Assembly: GCA_050011835.1 (NCBI GenBank)
Contig: JBEKII010000001.1
Location: forward strand, 22,473-86,472
Length of the DNA stretch: 64,000 bases
Direction of reading: 5' to 3'
Source: Minisyncoccia bacterium
Lineage (GTDB): Bacteria; Patescibacteriota; Minisyncoccia; Phycocordibacterales; Phycocordibacteraceae
The notes beneath the pieces were generated by a model. It was not told the origin of the DNA and ran no database searches. It saw only the letters and a program-made list of their open reading frames with translations. Of the stretch, positions 47,368 through 57,377 are shown in pieces (within the stretch, counting starts at the first letter, position 1; each line of letters starts with the position of its first letter). The position numbers and the translations under genes were made by a program.

Positions 47368-48621
47368 ATGGATATTTCAGAAAAACGTAATCGCGGGCGG
47401 AGCATCGCGATGCGCGGCGTTTCGTTCGCTCTCGTCGCCGCGCTCGCATTCGGTGCCGGACTTTTTGTGGGCAACAGCGGTTCTACTACGTCGGTCATTT
47501 CGCATATCCCGCTTGTCGGCGACGGTCTTGACGCAACGCCGGACCAGAGTGTTGATTTCACCGATTTTTGGAAGGCATGGAATGCTCTTGAGGCAAATTA
47601 CGTCATCACGCACGCATCCTCAACGCTTCCTTCAACGAAGGACAGGCTTTTTGGCGCGATTTCTGGACTTGCTGCGTCGTATGGCGACCCATATACCGTT
47701 TTCTTTCCTCCCGAAGAAGCGAAACAGTTTTCCGATTCTATTTCAGGAAGCTTCGCGGGTGTCGGCATAGAGCTTGACGTGAAAAACAGCGTACTGACCG
47801 TCATTGCGCCGTTAAAAGGCACACCCGCGGAAACGGCCGGTATTAAAGCAGGTGACCAAATTGTCGCTATTGATGGAAAGTCAACTGACGGTGTTGCGAT
47901 TGATGAGGCGGTGAACGAAATTCGCGGCCCCACTGGTACAACGGTTGACCTTACCATCATTCGCGGCAGCAAAACGCTTGATATAAAAATCGTCCGCGAA
48001 ACGATTCAAGTTCCCGAAACCGACGATGGCCTTGATGCTGCGAGCGGCGTATACCACATCGCGCTTTACGAATTCACCGCGAATTCCGTGAATCTTTTTG
48101 ACCAGGCTTTCGCCCGTTTCAAGGCGTCGGGCTCTAAAAAACTTGTCATTGACTTACGTGGCGACCCGGGCGGCTATCTTGACGCGGCGGTTGATATCGC
48201 AAGCCATTTTATTCCTAAGGGAGCAGTAGTTGTTACCGAGGACTTTGACGGTAAAGCGCCGAGCGAACAGGATACCAGTTTCGGCTATGATGATACGCCG
48301 GCAGGGACAAAAATTGTTGTTCTTATTGATGGCGGTTCCGCGTCGGCTTCCGAAATTCTCGCGGGTGCTCTGCAAGATACTCATGTCGCGACTCTCATCG
48401 GTACAAAATCATTCGGCAAGGGCTCGGTGCAAACGCTTATAAATCTTGATGGCGGGTCGCTTAAGGTTACGGTTGCGCGTTGGATTACACCCGCTGGCCA
48501 TTGGATTATGGGCAACGGCATTACGCCCGACATTATCGTACCCGTTACCGATGCGGATATGGCAGCGAAACAAGACCCGCAAATGGTGCGCGCCATCCAA
48601 TTTTTGACGACGGGCAAATGA
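47368..48621 (+). CDS. S41 carboxyl-terminal protease with PDZ
   Basis: DPYT, DLRGDPGG, SASASEI, FGKGSVQ. Confidence 0.93.
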   Translation: MDISEKRNRGRSIAMRGVSFALVAALAFGAGLFVGNSGSTTSVISHIPLVGDGLDATPDQSVDFTDFWKAWNALEANYVITHASSTLPSTKDRLFGAISGLAASYGDPYTVFFPPEEAKQFSDSISGSFAGVGIELDVKNSVLTVIAPLKGTPAETAGIKAGDQIVAIDGKSTDGVAIDEAVNEIRGPTGTTVDLTIIRGSKTLDIKIVRETIQVPETDDGLDAASGVYHIALYEFTANSVNLFDQAFARFKASGSKKLVIDLRGDPGGYLDAAVDIASHFIPKGAVVVTEDFDGKAPSEQDTSFGYDDTPAGTKIVVLIDGGSASASEILAGALQDTHVATLIGTKSFGKGSVQTLINLDGGSLKVTVARWITPAGHWIMGNGITPDIIVPVTDADMAAKQDPQMVRAIQFLTTGK

Positions 48622-48639
48622 TGAGGTAGGGTAGTGCAT

Positions 48640-49083
48640 ATGAAAATTATTTTGCTTAAAGATATAAAAGGAATCGGGCAAGCGCACGATGCGGTGGAAA
48701 CGAAAGATGGTTATGCACTCAATTATCTTATCCCAAAGAAACTAGCAATTCCCGCGACTCCCGTTGCGCTTCAGGAAGCAGAAATGCGTCGTAAGCAAAT
48801 GAAGGACCGCGCCGTACTTAACGTCGCGCTCGCCGCGCAAAACATAGCTTCTCTCGCCGAAGCGCACATTGTCATTACTGCAAAGGCAAATGAAAAAGGG
48901 CATCTCTATGACGCAGTAGGGGAGCAGGAAATAAAAATGGCGGTGAAAGAACAGGCGCATATTGATCTTCCCGAGAATGCGATAAAAATTGAAAAGCCGC
49001 TCAAAGAACTCGGTACATTTGATATTCCAATCGCTACAGCCGATACGTTCGGGAAATTTTCTATTACAATTGAGGCGGAATAG
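48640..49083 (+). CDS. rplI: 50S ribosomal protein L9
   Basis: MKIILLKDI, GYALNYLIP. Confidence 0.95.
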   Translation: MKIILLKDIKGIGQAHDAVETKDGYALNYLIPKKLAIPATPVALQEAEMRRKQMKDRAVLNVALAAQNIASLAEAHIVITAKANEKGHLYDAVGEQEIKMAVKEQAHIDLPENAIKIEKPLKELGTFDIPIATADTFGKFSITIEAE

Positions 49084-49107
49084 TTTCTAAACGAAGAGAA
49101 AAGGAAC

Positions 49108-50131
49108 ATGCATAAAATTTATTTTTCAAGCGTTTGGGAAGATTACGCTTCTCTGAAGGAAGCATGTCAGCCTTCAGAAAACGATGTCGTTTTAACCGTC
49201 TCATCATCAGGAGACAATGTTTTTAATTTCCTTGCGGACAAAGTAAAAAAGGTCATTGCAGTTGACATCAATCTCGCTCAATTAAGTCTTGCGAAATTAA
49301 AACTGGAAATAATTCGTAGATATGAACGGGAGAAAGTGTTGGAATTATTCACCGGAATGGGAGACAAGCATAGAAATGGAATGTTGGTAAACGAATTGAT
49401 ATCTTCAGAGAGAGAATTTAAAGAGTATCTCACTAGTTTTAATTTTGATATAGGAATTGAAAATATCGGACAATTTGAGACCAAAGTCATTTCCATCCTA
49501 ACTTTTTTCGTACGAAGTTTTTTTAGACAAGCCGATTTTCAACATAACGAGAATCGAAGAAGAAATCGCGGAATATGCTTGAATATCTTACTAGCTATTT
49601 TTTCATTCAAAAAGATTTATAAATTTTTGATACCGGATTTTCCTTATGAATATATTAATATTGATACGAGAGAAAGTCTGAAAAATTCTCTAGACACTTT
49701 CCTTGCGAATAACGATTTTTCCAATAATTGGTATTTACAAAAAGTATATTACGGACACTATAAATTATCCCCGCCGTTTTTGCGTCCGGATAATTTTGAA
49801 TATATAAAGAAAAATGCAGAGCGTATTCTGTTCGTCAGGATGGATATGTTAGATTACTTGAGAGAATCAGAAGATAATTCTATAGATAAAATAAATTTCT
49901 CAGACATTTTCGACTGGTGTTCCCAAGAAGAATATTCTCGGATACTTCAAGAAAGTTATCGCGTGTTAACCCCCAACGGGCTTATTTTTTATCGGGAGTT
50001 GTTTGTCTCGCGCAAAGTCCCCCCCACATATAAAAAATAAGTTTCAAAACTTAGAAAACGAAGCACATAAAATATACAAAAGAGATAATGTTCCGTTTTA
50101 TCACAAAATCGTCTTGCTAAGAAAAATTTAG
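49108..50131 (+). pseudogene. DUF3419/BtaA-like SAM-dependent transferase, frameshifted near 3' end (ORF stops at 50040)
   Basis: WED, SSGDN, VDINLAQL, SDIFDW; +1 frame continues KFQNLENEAHKIYKRDNVPFY...* to 50131. Confidence 0.7.
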
Positions 50132-50147
50132 ATTTTGAATTGAGATG

Positions 50148-50420
50148 TTAGATGACATCGGCTACTTTTTTTGCGACGATGCTTCCGTCAAATTTTGTTT
50201 TACGACGGGTACGATAGGCGACGGTGCCGGTAGTGAGAGAAAAGAGGGTATGGTCACGACCGACCGCTACGTTTTTACCCGCTTCTATTTTCGTGCCGCG
50301 CTGACGGACAATGACCATACCCGGACGGGCAGCAGCGCCGTCAGCGAGTTTTATTCCGAGATATTTTGGGTTTGAATCACGCAAATTCTTCACTGAACCG
50401 CCGGCTTTGGTATGTGCCAT
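50148..50420 (-). CDS. rpmA: 50S ribosomal protein L27
   Basis: MAHTKAGGS, RQRGTK. Confidence 0.97.
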   Translation of the reverse strand: MAHTKAGGSVKNLRDSNPKYLGIKLADGAAARPGMVIVRQRGTKIEAGKNVAVGRDHTLFSLTTGTVAYRTRRKTKFDGSIVAKKVADVI

Positions 50421-50439
50421 AATGATATAATTTTACCCG

Positions 50440-50809
50440 ATGACTATAGCAAAAACGCGCGAGAAATGCAAAACAGTCATTGTGAGAATACCGCGCGATG
50501 CGCTCGTCATCGCCGTTCCTGTGCTTGCGTCGTTAGCGAGCTTCGGGCTCGGCTACCTTGCGGGATTAGATGTGGGCGTGCCTGCGCAAACAGGGCAGGA
50601 AAGTGAAGTCAAGATTGAGGAATCGTCCGCTATTTCAACAACGACGGCAATAAGACAAGTAGTTGCGTCAAAAAACGGCACGAAATATTATTCGCTTTTG
50701 TGTGCAGGAGCTGTCCGTATTTCAGATACAAATTACAAATAAAGTATGGCTCGCCTCTGTATCCGTTGCGGCGGGTTATACGCCGGCCGCAAATTGCAAA
50801 GGCATCTAA
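50440..50809 (+). pseudogene. Membrane protein with Ada-like metal-binding tail, frameshifted
   Basis: ASKNGTKYY..C.GA.RI; tandem TACAAAT duplication at 50727-50740; continuation NKVWLAS..AAGYTPAANCKGI*. Confidence 0.75.
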
Positions 50810-50830
50810 TTTGTTACAATTCGTGTATAT

Positions 50831-51550
50831 ATGAATGATGATCTTACGGCCGAACGACTTGCGGAAGCGGTACATGAAGGAAGGCGCTCAATGCCTGATG
50901 TCCGCCCTCTTTTAGTTTGCAAACCAAAAAAAATAGAATCCTGGCGTGTGTTTAAGATTATGGCAGAGTTCGTTGAAGGATTTGATGTTATCCGTCGTTA
51001 CAATCTCGCGGTAACTATTTTCGGTAGCGCCCGAGCATCTTTTGAAGACGGTGTCTATAAAAATGCGACGGAGCTCGCGAGCCGTCTCGCGAAGAAGGGT
51101 TTCGCGGTAATCACCGGCGGCTCTTCCGGCGTCATGCGGGCCGCGAACAAAGGCGCGTTTGAAGCGGGAGGCGTTTCAGTCGGGCTCAATATAAATTTAC
51201 CGGACACGCAACCTTATAATCCGTACCTCACTGATAAATTCGGTTTTGACCATTTTTTCGTGCGGAAAGTAATGCTCACCTACGCTTCCGAAGTTTATGT
51301 TTACTTTCCGGGCGGTTTCGGGACTCTCAATGAATTTTTTGAAATCATTGCTCTCGTGCAGACCCAAAAGATTCGCAAGGTCCCTATCGTTCTCTTCGGA
51401 AGGGAATACTGGGAACCGCTCCTTTCTTTTATTGAAAAGACCCTTTATCAGAAACATGCAGCCATTGATGAAAAAGATATGGCGCTCTACACGCTCGTTG
51501 ATTCAGTTGATGAAGCATATAATTACATTGTCGCGAATATCCGTTGTTAG
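50831..51550 (+). CDS. LOG family protein (TIGR00730-like)
   Basis: FGSAR, TGG..GVM.AAN, FFVRK, PGGFGTLNE. Confidence 0.92.
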   Translation: MNDDLTAERLAEAVHEGRRSMPDVRPLLVCKPKKIESWRVFKIMAEFVEGFDVIRRYNLAVTIFGSARASFEDGVYKNATELASRLAKKGFAVITGGSSGVMRAANKGAFEAGGVSVGLNINLPDTQPYNPYLTDKFGFDHFFVRKVMLTYASEVYVYFPGGFGTLNEFFEIIALVQTQKIRKVPIVLFGREYWEPLLSFIEKTLYQKHAAIDEKDMALYTLVDSVDEAYNYIVANIRC

Positions 51551-51606
51551 CTAATAAAGTCAAGGTAGGGGGAAGGGCTGGTCTGTCCGAGACCCCTTTA
51601 ATATAA

Positions 51607-51649
51607 GTGTCGCACAATATATCTTTTGCGCGGGTGCTTTATACGACAT
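51607..51649. other. dif-like recombination site (left)
   Basis: GTGTCGCACAA-TATATC-TTTTGCG... plus TTATACGACAT half-site at 51639-51649. Confidence 0.5.
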
Positions 51650-51678
51650 ACACACGATATATACAAGTAATTACCTCC

Positions 51679-52338
51679 CTATCGTAATCTCTGCGGTTTC
51701 CGATTCGCACAAAATACTTTAAATGATTCCCATTCCATTACCTGTTGGCCTTTCTGGGGTTTTATTTCTTTTTTCCCTACGAGTTCATCTATCATTGATT
51801 GAGATAATTCGGGGTTCATCTGAAGAAAAATAATTGGATATTTTCGCATATGTTTACTCGCATATTTATGAAGTTTGCTGTTCAGACATCCAGCTAGATT
51901 TCTTCGATCGGATGGATAGAACACGTCGATACAAAAGTTTCCGTTGCAGTCGTATACGAAAAAATCCGCCCGAGTTCTCGCGTCATCAGTGAAGAAATAT
52001 TCTCGATGCACTAATTCTCGCCCGAATCGCTTGCAAAGAAATTCATACACCTCACGTTCGATCATATGAGCTCTTTTGCCGATTCTTACTGCGCGTTCAA
52101 TACTATGTGTACCAGTACGATAATCGTTTTGTCCGCCCAGGCCTAATTGCTTGCGGAGCGCAACAAGACCGCCAAAACGTCGTTCTACGGAACGTGCACT
52201 CGGCAAATACTCATACCGATCAACCTCAGGTCCGGTCGGGTAGTGCCCGTTTACTTTGGAAAACTCCTCAAGACCAGTTTTCAATTCTTCAAGTTTCCAC
52301 GGTTTTTGTCCGCCTTTGGATTGAGAACGAAGTGTCAT
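51679..52338 (-). CDS. Putative nuclease: homing-endonuclease-associated repeat + PD-(D/E)XK-like domain
   Basis: GHYPT..E.....LPS...V.RRFGG; RADFFV...IDVFY. Confidence 0.6.
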   Translation of the reverse strand: MTLRSQSKGGQKPWKLEELKTGLEEFSKVNGHYPTGPEVDRYEYLPSARSVERRFGGLVALRKQLGLGGQNDYRTGTHSIERAVRIGKRAHMIEREVYEFLCKRFGRELVHREYFFTDDARTRADFFVYDCNGNFCIDVFYPSDRRNLAGCLNSKLHKYASKHMRKYPIIFLQMNPELSQSMIDELVGKKEIKPQKGQQVMEWESFKVFCANRKPQRLR

Positions 52339-52356
52339 TTCCCCACTCTAGCATTA

Positions 52357-52390
52357 ATGTCGTATAAGATAATTATAGTTTTTGCGACAT
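52357..52390. other. dif-like recombination site (right)
   Basis: ATGTCGTATAA-GATAA-TTATAG...TTTTGCGACAT; arms inverted relative to the left site. Confidence 0.55.
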
Positions 52391-52433
52391 TGCGGATAAC
52401 CGGCATAGCGAACACTTCCCTGCAATTCATTCG

Positions 52434-53789
52434 TTAAAGATACGATAACGGATTCAGATACGCAGTCAATGTCGCGACTGGCATTGTCGCATCGGCACAG
52501 CCAATTGTTGCGCCGCGAAATTGGCGCAAGGTCATTATCTCCGTGCCTTGGGTTGCATAAACGCCAAAATGAAGATGCGGGCCGGTTGCGTAACCGGTCA
52601 TACCCGAAAGGCCAATCAATTGCCCAGTACTTACTACTTGCCCTTTTGCGATATAAATTTCGGAAAGATGCGCATACATCGTGTTAAGACCATTACCGTG
52701 CACGAGCATTACCCATTTGCCGAATGAATAACATTGATTTCCTTTTGAGTCATGCACGAGATCAGTATTACCGGTGGCGAGCACGGTGCCCGAAAGAGCC
52801 GCTTGGACCGGCGAGCCGATAGGCGCAGCGATATCAATACCGTCGTGACCTTGCCCATTATAAATTTGAGGATTTGCCGTTGAGAACGCCGTGTTGCCAA
52901 AATATTGAGTAATGCAAAAAAGGTTTTTGAAGATGTTTTCTCTTTGCGTGCAATTGAACATGAAAGCCGCGCTGAACGGCCACGAGAGAATGCCCGAGCC
53001 AGTCTTCGGTAGAAGGTTTGGATTTACAATGAGATGCAATTGGCTCTGAAGATTGACCAGCTCTTCCTCAAACGATTGTTCCGATGCTTTTTTCTGCGCG
53101 ATAAGTTTCTGATAATTTGATTCTTGGTTTTTGGTTTGCGAAAGCAATTGCTGTTGGGCCATTTTACTGGCGTCAACGGAACGTTTCTGAAGCGTAAGTT
53201 CGTTTTGAAGTGACACGAGCTGCGTCTTCGTTTTCGTCACATCATCACGGTTTGTTGCAAGCTCGTTTCGCGCGGCGCGTAAGTCATCAATATTATTTGA
53301 AAGCGCTCGATTAAATTGCATCGCCTCGTCAGTTATTTGCCAGGCATCGGTAAGTGAATTTGCGGAAATGAGTCCAGTAATGAGCGGCATCTGTTCGCCT
53401 TCGGCAACACTCTGAAGCGCTTTCCCGATTGCATTTTGGTCTGCAGCAATGGATGTTTCCTTATCCCCAATGGAAAGTGTCAGTTGTTGTATTTGCAAAT
53501 TTGCCGACACGATTTTATTTTGAGTTACTTGAATTTGCGTCGCGAGTTGCTTCTGAGAAAGCGTTAGTGAATCAATCGTTGATTGGAGCGTATTCTTCTG
53601 TGCGCCGAGATTATCAAGTTGTTTCTGGTCCGCAGCAATATCCGTTTCGAGCGAATTGATCTGCTGATTGTTTGCATTTATTTTAGATTGTATGTCCGAT
53701 GCCGCATCGGCAAACACGAATCTCGGCACGCCGAGCACCACTCCAGCAATAAAGAGTGTAAGGACAAAAAAGGGCCGAACACGCATCAT
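52434..53789 (-). CDS. M23 peptidase with coiled coil
   Basis: Signal peptide, long coiled coil, HDGIDI, YAHLS, HLHF. Confidence 0.92.
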   Translation of the reverse strand: MMRVRPFFVLTLFIAGVVLGVPRFVFADAASDIQSKINANNQQINSLETDIAADQKQLDNLGAQKNTLQSTIDSLTLSQKQLATQIQVTQNKIVSANLQIQQLTLSIGDKETSIAADQNAIGKALQSVAEGEQMPLITGLISANSLTDAWQITDEAMQFNRALSNNIDDLRAARNELATNRDDVTKTKTQLVSLQNELTLQKRSVDASKMAQQQLLSQTKNQESNYQKLIAQKKASEQSFEEELVNLQSQLHLIVNPNLLPKTGSGILSWPFSAAFMFNCTQRENIFKNLFCITQYFGNTAFSTANPQIYNGQGHDGIDIAAPIGSPVQAALSGTVLATGNTDLVHDSKGNQCYSFGKWVMLVHGNGLNTMYAHLSEIYIAKGQVVSTGQLIGLSGMTGYATGPHLHFGVYATQGTEIMTLRQFRGATIGCADATMPVATLTAYLNPLSYL

Positions 53790-55120
53790 TCTTTGAGTAT
53801 AGCAATAGCTTTCTGAATGCGCGAAATCGTTTCTTCTTTACCGAGAATTGAGATAAGGGTGAAGGGGTCGGGCGAGCGTTCTTGCCCGGAAAGCGCGTAA
53901 CGCAAAGGCCAAAGTACGGCGCCCCGACCGCTCTTCCATTTCTTTTCCTCGGCGTCAGCAAGGGGCATAATGGTTCCTTTAACAGTTTCAGCCGATATTC
54001 TTTCTGGAAGGGCTTTTATGGTCTCAGAAAGACCTTCTAGGGCAATTTTAGTTATATCGGAGTGCCCGCCGCCCGGTTCTTTCGCGCGGAGCTGGTTTCG
54101 CTCAATAGTCGGTTTATTGAATAGAAAAGAAAGTTCACCAGAAAGCATTTCTCGCGCTTCGCTAAAAGTGTGTGCCCGCTCTTTAAGAAGCGGAATGGTT
54201 TTTTGAAGTTTTTCTGGGTCGCTTGTGGAGAAACTCCCTTGTGCGAGAAAGTCATCATCCGAGAGCTTGCGCATCCAGTGTTGATTTACCGAAAAAAGCT
54301 TCGTTTCGTCAAAGGTGGCGCTTCCTTTCTGCACGCGTGAAAGATCGAAAACGTCAATAAGCTCTTCCCGCGAAAGATATTCGCGATCGTCCCCAGGATT
54401 CCAGCCGAGAAATGCAACGTAATTAAGCATTGCCTCGGGCAATACGCCGACATCGCGATAGTCAGTTAACACTTTGGCTCCGGTGCGCTTGGAGAGTTTC
54501 TTATGCATGTTGTCCATAATGAGCGGCAAGTGCGCATATAAAGGTTCGGGGAAACCAAGCGCGCTCCGGATGAGCATTTGGCGCGCGGTGTTTGATATGT
54601 GATCTCCGCCGCGAATAACATGGGTGACCTGTTCATCAGCATCATCTACCACCACCGCGAAATGGAAGACAGGCTCATCAAACGAGCGCGCAATGATGAA
54701 ATCGCCGAGGTCATCCACTTTAGTTGTTATCTCGCCATGAATGACGTCGATAAAAGAAACCGTGCCGCCCGGATTTCTGAATCGGATGACCTCTTCCCTA
54801 TCGCCCGGCTTCTTTGGTATTTCTTTGGAAAGATATGCTGTGTCGTTGGCGATAATTTTTTCCAGAAGTTCGCGGTGCCGAGCACGATGTTCGCTTTGTC
54901 GATAGATATGATCGGCCAAGAGATGAAGCCAAGCGAGCGTGTCAAGAATATTTTCTTCGTATTCTTTTTTAGAACGCGCGGCGTCCGTATCTTCTATACG
55001 CACAATGAATTTGCCATCTTCGTGCTTTGCGAAAAGATAGGCGAAGATGGCAGTACGATAATTGCCGGCGTGTCCGAGACCGGTCGGCGAAGGTGCGAAG
55101 CGAGAGACGACATTACTCAT
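53786..55120 (-). CDS. gltX: Glutamate--tRNA ligase
   Basis: RFAPSPTG..HAGN, RIEDTD, KLSKR. Confidence 0.95.
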   Translation of the reverse strand: MSNVVSRFAPSPTGLGHAGNYRTAIFAYLFAKHEDGKFIVRIEDTDAARSKKEYEENILDTLAWLHLLADHIYRQSEHRARHRELLEKIIANDTAYLSKEIPKKPGDREEVIRFRNPGGTVSFIDVIHGEITTKVDDLGDFIIARSFDEPVFHFAVVVDDADEQVTHVIRGGDHISNTARQMLIRSALGFPEPLYAHLPLIMDNMHKKLSKRTGAKVLTDYRDVGVLPEAMLNYVAFLGWNPGDDREYLSREELIDVFDLSRVQKGSATFDETKLFSVNQHWMRKLSDDDFLAQGSFSTSDPEKLQKTIPLLKERAHTFSEAREMLSGELSFLFNKPTIERNQLRAKEPGGGHSDITKIALEGLSETIKALPERISAETVKGTIMPLADAEEKKWKSGRGAVLWPLRYALSGQERSPDPFTLISILGKEETISRIQKAIAILKE

Positions 55121-56256
55121 GACTCGTGCGAAAGCGCGATGGCAAGCACTTCACGAGCGAGAACGCGCGCTGCATCCGGGTCGGTGAAGCCGGCAGCTCC
55201 CGCAGCCATGTGCTTCATAAGTTCTGAGTCGTTGATGATACGTTTTATTTCGGAAGCGAGAAGATGTGGCGTGAGATTCTCTTCCTCAATCACAATAGCA
55301 GCTCCGGTTCGAGCATAGGTATATGCATTGGTGCGCTGGTCGTGGCTTATAGATTCGGGAATGGGAATGAGAATGGCCGGTTTCCTCCAGAGTCCAATTT
55401 CAGCGATACTGCCCGCTCCCCCGCGCGAAACGATGACATCCGCGACGCCAACCGCTCGTTGCAATGATACTTCAGAAAAATAATTAATGGGATGATAGCG
55501 ATTTGCGTGCGGGTTATTTGTGAGCACGACATGAGCAACCGCTTCAACATCTTTAAAGTTTGTCTGCCCTGTTTGGTGGATGACATTGGTGAAGGAAACA
55601 AGATTCGGCAAAGACGAAAGTATTGATTCGTTTATTCTCATTGAGCCCTGGGAACCGCCAAGAATGAGAACGGTCGGCACATCTTTTTCAAGACCGAGGT
55701 ACTGCCGTGCTCCTTCCGGTTCAATTCGCGTAAGTGCCTTGCGAATCGGTATGCCGGTGCGTGCAATTTTATTCCTTACTTTTTTGGGAAAATATTCCGC
55801 GGCGCTTTCAAAAGAAATGGCGATTTTCTTCGCGAATTTTGCCGCCATCAAATTCGCACGGCCGGGCTTGGCGTCCGATTCATGAATAATAACGGGAATG
55901 TGCAGAAATCGCGCAGCAAGCACCGTTGGCACGCTACCATAGCCACCCTTGCTCACGACGACATCGGGATACAGGCGAAAAAGCGTGCCAATTGCATGCA
56001 CCGTTCCCGCGAAAGTGGCGAAAGAATCGGTCATATTTTTAAATGAAAAATATCGGCGCATCTTTCCCGCCGGTATGTGTACGTAGATGATGCCATTTTC
56101 AAAGAGCGCTTTTTCGTCATATGGACTCGGCGAGAGATAATAGAGCTTCGGCACAAGAAGATGCTCCTCGCGGACGAGGTCTTGTAACGCTTCGGCAATG
56201 GCGATAATCGGATAAAAGTGTCCGCCTGTTCCGCCTCCGGTAAATGCGATGGTCAT
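55117..56256 (-). CDS. murG: Lipid II GlcNAc transferase
   Basis: TGGGTGGH, GGYGS, GGSQG, Q..NA. Confidence 0.95.
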   Translation of the reverse strand: MTIAFTGGGTGGHFYPIIAIAEALQDLVREEHLLVPKLYYLSPSPYDEKALFENGIIYVHIPAGKMRRYFSFKNMTDSFATFAGTVHAIGTLFRLYPDVVVSKGGYGSVPTVLAARFLHIPVIIHESDAKPGRANLMAAKFAKKIAISFESAAEYFPKKVRNKIARTGIPIRKALTRIEPEGARQYLGLEKDVPTVLILGGSQGSMRINESILSSLPNLVSFTNVIHQTGQTNFKDVEAVAHVVLTNNPHANRYHPINYFSEVSLQRAVGVADVIVSRGGAGSIAEIGLWRKPAILIPIPESISHDQRTNAYTYARTGAAIVIEEENLTPHLLASEIKRIINDSELMKHMAAGAAGFTDPDAARVLAREVLAIALSHES

Positions 56257-56279
56257 AGGAATAGTATATCGCGTTTTAT

Positions 56280-57377
56280 TTATGTCTTGCGATGCGCGGC
56301 GACGTTGAGGATGCAACCGCACATAAGAAGCGTCGCCAGAAGCGCGGTTCCTCCGTGAGAAATGAAAGGGAGCGGCAAGCCGGTCAATGGAATGATTCCA
56401 AGCATTGAGCAAATATTAATAAATGCCTGCAGAATAATCATAAAAGAGAATCCAAGTGCAATAAGCCCGCTGAAAAGGTCACGCGAATTCCCTGCTATCA
56501 CAATGCCGCGTGCGGAGAGTGCGACAAAAAATGCGAGCAAGATTGCCGCGCCGAGGAACCCGGTCTCTTCCGCAAAAACCGCAAAAACGGAATCGCCATC
56601 TGGCTCCGGCAAGTAATTGAATTTTTCCACGCTTTGACCGAATCCCCTGCCGAGCAAGCCGCCCGAGCCGACAGCGATTAATGATTGTTGGATTTGATAC
56701 CCACTGCTAAGAGAATTTGCCGAAGGATTAAGGAATGTTTCAATCCGTTCAAGCACGTACGGCCGCACGAGAATGAGTGTGCCGAGTGCGAAGATAGTCA
56801 CGAGCGCGAGGATGCCGAAATCGCGCCACGGAGCTCCTGCCGCAAAATACATCACCATGCCGGTCGCGAGGATGAGCAGTGTTGTAGACGTATTCGGTTG
56901 AGCAAGCAGCAATAAAACCGGCGGAATGAGAATAACAATGAAAGGCAGCAATCCTTTTTTCGGATGCGTAAGTTGCCGTGCGCGCGGCGCGAGCCACCAG
57001 GCGAGCGCAAGCACGAAACCGATCTTCAAGAACTCTGCCGGCTGCACAGTCGTGAACCAAAGATTAACCCAGCGAGTCGCGCCGCCCGAATGGAATCCGA
57101 TACCGGGTACAAAAACAAGCGCGGTAAATAAAAGCGTCAGGACATAGACATAGGGCGCAGAACGTTTCATCCATGCGATTGGAATGGCTCGTGCGGCAAT
57201 AAGCGCCAAAAGCCCGAGCCCTAATCCAAGACCTCCTTGAAGTAGAATATCCCGCGAAACCGAGTTGCCTTCGCGAACAAGAAGACCTAAAGCGGCCGAA
57301 GAAAAAATGGCAAGGCCGGCAAGCGCCACGCCGAGTACGAGCAGAAAGAAAATACGGTCGCCGGAAACGAACTTCAT
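56280..57377 (-). CDS. ftsW: SEDS protein FtsW
   Basis: QPAEFLK, YQIQQS, LPE..D, PLTGLPLPFISHGG. Confidence 0.92.
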   Translation of the reverse strand: MKFVSGDRIFFLLVLGVALAGLAIFSSAALGLLVREGNSVSRDILLQGGLGLGLGLLALIAARAIPIAWMKRSAPYVYVLTLLFTALVFVPGIGFHSGGATRWVNLWFTTVQPAEFLKIGFVLALAWWLAPRARQLTHPKKGLLPFIVILIPPVLLLLAQPNTSTTLLILATGMVMYFAAGAPWRDFGILALVTIFALGTLILVRPYVLERIETFLNPSANSLSSGYQIQQSLIAVGSGGLLGRGFGQSVEKFNYLPEPDGDSVFAVFAEETGFLGAAILLAFFVALSARGIVIAGNSRDLFSGLIALGFSFMIILQAFINICSMLGIIPLTGLPLPFISHGGTALLATLLMCGCILNVAAHRKT

